The notes beneath the pieces are model-generated. The model was not told where the DNA came from. It was given only the letters and a program-made list of their open reading frames with translations, and ran no database searches. This document shows, piece after piece, positions 62,864 to 64,000 of a stretch of DNA of 64,000 nt. Source of the stretch: Felis catus. Taxonomy: Eukaryota. The DNA lies in assembly GCF_018350175.1 (NCBI RefSeq), contig NC_058368.1, positions 13,268,001 to 13,332,000 of the forward strand. The letters run 5' to 3'. Each line of letters starts with the position of its first letter. Positions within the stretch are counted from its first letter, which is position 1. The translations under genes were made by a program, and so were the position numbers.

Positions 62864-63100
62864 GGTGAAGGTGAAGGGGATTACGAGGTATAAATTTTCA
62901 GTTATTAAATAAATAAGTCACAGAAATGGAAAGTACAGCATAGGGAATACAGTCAATAATATTGTAATAGCATTGTATGGTGACAGATGGTCACTGCACT
63001 TATGGTGATCACCACATAATGTATAGAATTGTTAGATCACTATGTCATACACCTGAAACTAAAATAACATCGTATGTCAAATATACTTCGATAATAAAAA
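62864..63100 (+). mobile_element. 5'-truncated carnivore/L1MA9-like L1 3' end
   Basis: aaataagtcac...gtacagcatagggaatacagtcaataatattgtaata...tgtatggtgacagatgg...acacctgaaactaa; candidate TSD aaattatt. Confidence 0.88.
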
Positions 63101-63339
63101 ATTATTTTGTATATATCAGATTTTACAAAGATTAAGGCTACAAATGTAATTTGTGCTATAGATATGCAACAAGCTAAAATTGAATATTAGTTTTCTGTTT
63201 TTATAAATATTTCTTGGTACTTTAGAAGAAATGGCCTGTAGACTGTGTCTGTATTAGTCAGATCTCATCTCATCCCATCCTCTCCTCTCCCCTCCTCTCA
63301 CCTCCTTTCCTTTTCGTTCCCTTCCCACCCAGGTGCCCC

Positions 63340-63541
63340 AATGTTTATTTATTCTGAGAGAGAGAGTGCACAAGCAGGGGAGGGGCAGAGAGAAAGGAAG
63401 AGAGTGAAAGAGAATACCAAGCAAGCTCCACACCATCAGCACAGAGCCCAATGTGGGTCTCGATCTAAGGAACCACTTGATCGTGACTTGAGCCAAAATC
63501 AAGAGTTGGAAGTCCAACTGACTGAGCCACCCAGGCACCCC
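63340..63541 (-). mobile_element. Can-SINE
   Basis: SINEC body ending gagccacccaggcacccc. Confidence 0.94.
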
Positions 63542-63736
63542 TGCTTTTCCTCTTCTTAACACTTAGTATTGACTTGCTATTATTTTAAATTAACCTGAAG
63601 CCTCAAAGAGTTAGTTTATGGATTTTTATAATTGGGTGTCTACAGTGTGGGATAGTTGGAAAAAAAAAAACTATGTCTATTCCCAAATAAGTATCATCTT
63701 AGCTCAGTGTTTTTTTTGTTTTGTTTTGTTGTGCTC

Positions 63737-63762
63737 TGTGTGTGTGTGTGTGTGTGTGTGTG
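63737..63762. repeat. (TG)n microsatellite
   Basis: Direct run. Confidence 0.95.
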
Positions 63763-63769
63763 TTTAGTA

Positions 63770-63950
63770 GACATATTAGAGCCAAATTCTAGATCCCTTA
63801 CACACTGGGTGTCTGACCTTGGATAAATTATCCTCCAGGAGTTTTAGTTTCCTTATTAGTGATGAGGTTGGCAATAGCCCACAGGACTGTTTGAAGATTA
63901 AGTGAAGGAACACAGCCGGGTGGTATAGATGCTCAGCATATGAACAGATG
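63770..63950 (+). mobile_element. MIR SINE
   Basis: tgaccttggataaatta...ttagtttccttatt...gaagattaagtga. Confidence 0.7.
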
Positions 63951-64000
63951 AGTTACACACCTGACTGCAGAATTGTGATCTAAATTATGCTGGTAGGGTA

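Noticed and set aside
245..63541. tRNA-like A/B-box sequences (TGGCTCAGTCGG ... GAGTTCGAGCC)
   Set aside because: They are heads of tRNA-derived SINEs with CT tracts, A tails and TSDs, not tRNA genes
1..64000. Prokaryotic or viral systems, NUMT, processed pseudogene, snoRNA or miRNA genes
   Set aside because: No long ORFs, operon structure, mitochondrial-like sequence, retrocopied mRNA or recognisable RNA-gene signature was seen; very short exons or RNAs could be missed without alignment tools

Overview
This is AT-rich, CpG-depleted mammalian non-coding DNA from a cat (Felidae, most likely Felis catus or a close relative). The assignment rests on 25 tRNA-derived Can-SINEs, three of them near-consensus copies of the young feline SINEC_Fc type, plus a short feline/carnivore L1 3' end. 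I find no convincing protein-coding gene, RNA gene, CRISPR array, viral gene or prokaryotic system. The longer listed ORFs fall in SINEs, LTRs, L1s or microsatellites, and the rest look like chance ORFs. Much of the window is layered transposon fossils: L1M/HAL1-like, L2, L3/CR1, MIR, MLT1/MLT2 LTRs and MER82/MER5/MER103 DNA elements, often nested. Unique islands between them could hold regulatory DNA or lncRNA exons. The best leads are a CpG-rich island with repeated TCATTAG homeodomain motifs (~37.4-37.7 kb), a perfect recent 50-bp tandem duplication inside an ancient L1 (32981-33080), an old ~127-bp dispersed duplication (29.2/30.4 kb), a TATA-plus-nuclear-receptor promoter candidate (62.6 kb), a tiny L1 insertion with 5' microhomology (35.0 kb) and a candidate minus-strand terminal exon (27.1-27.4 kb). 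The sequence does not support a previously undescribed biological system. Repeat family names come from my recollection of Repbase/Dfam consensus sequences, and boundaries of old repeats are approximate.
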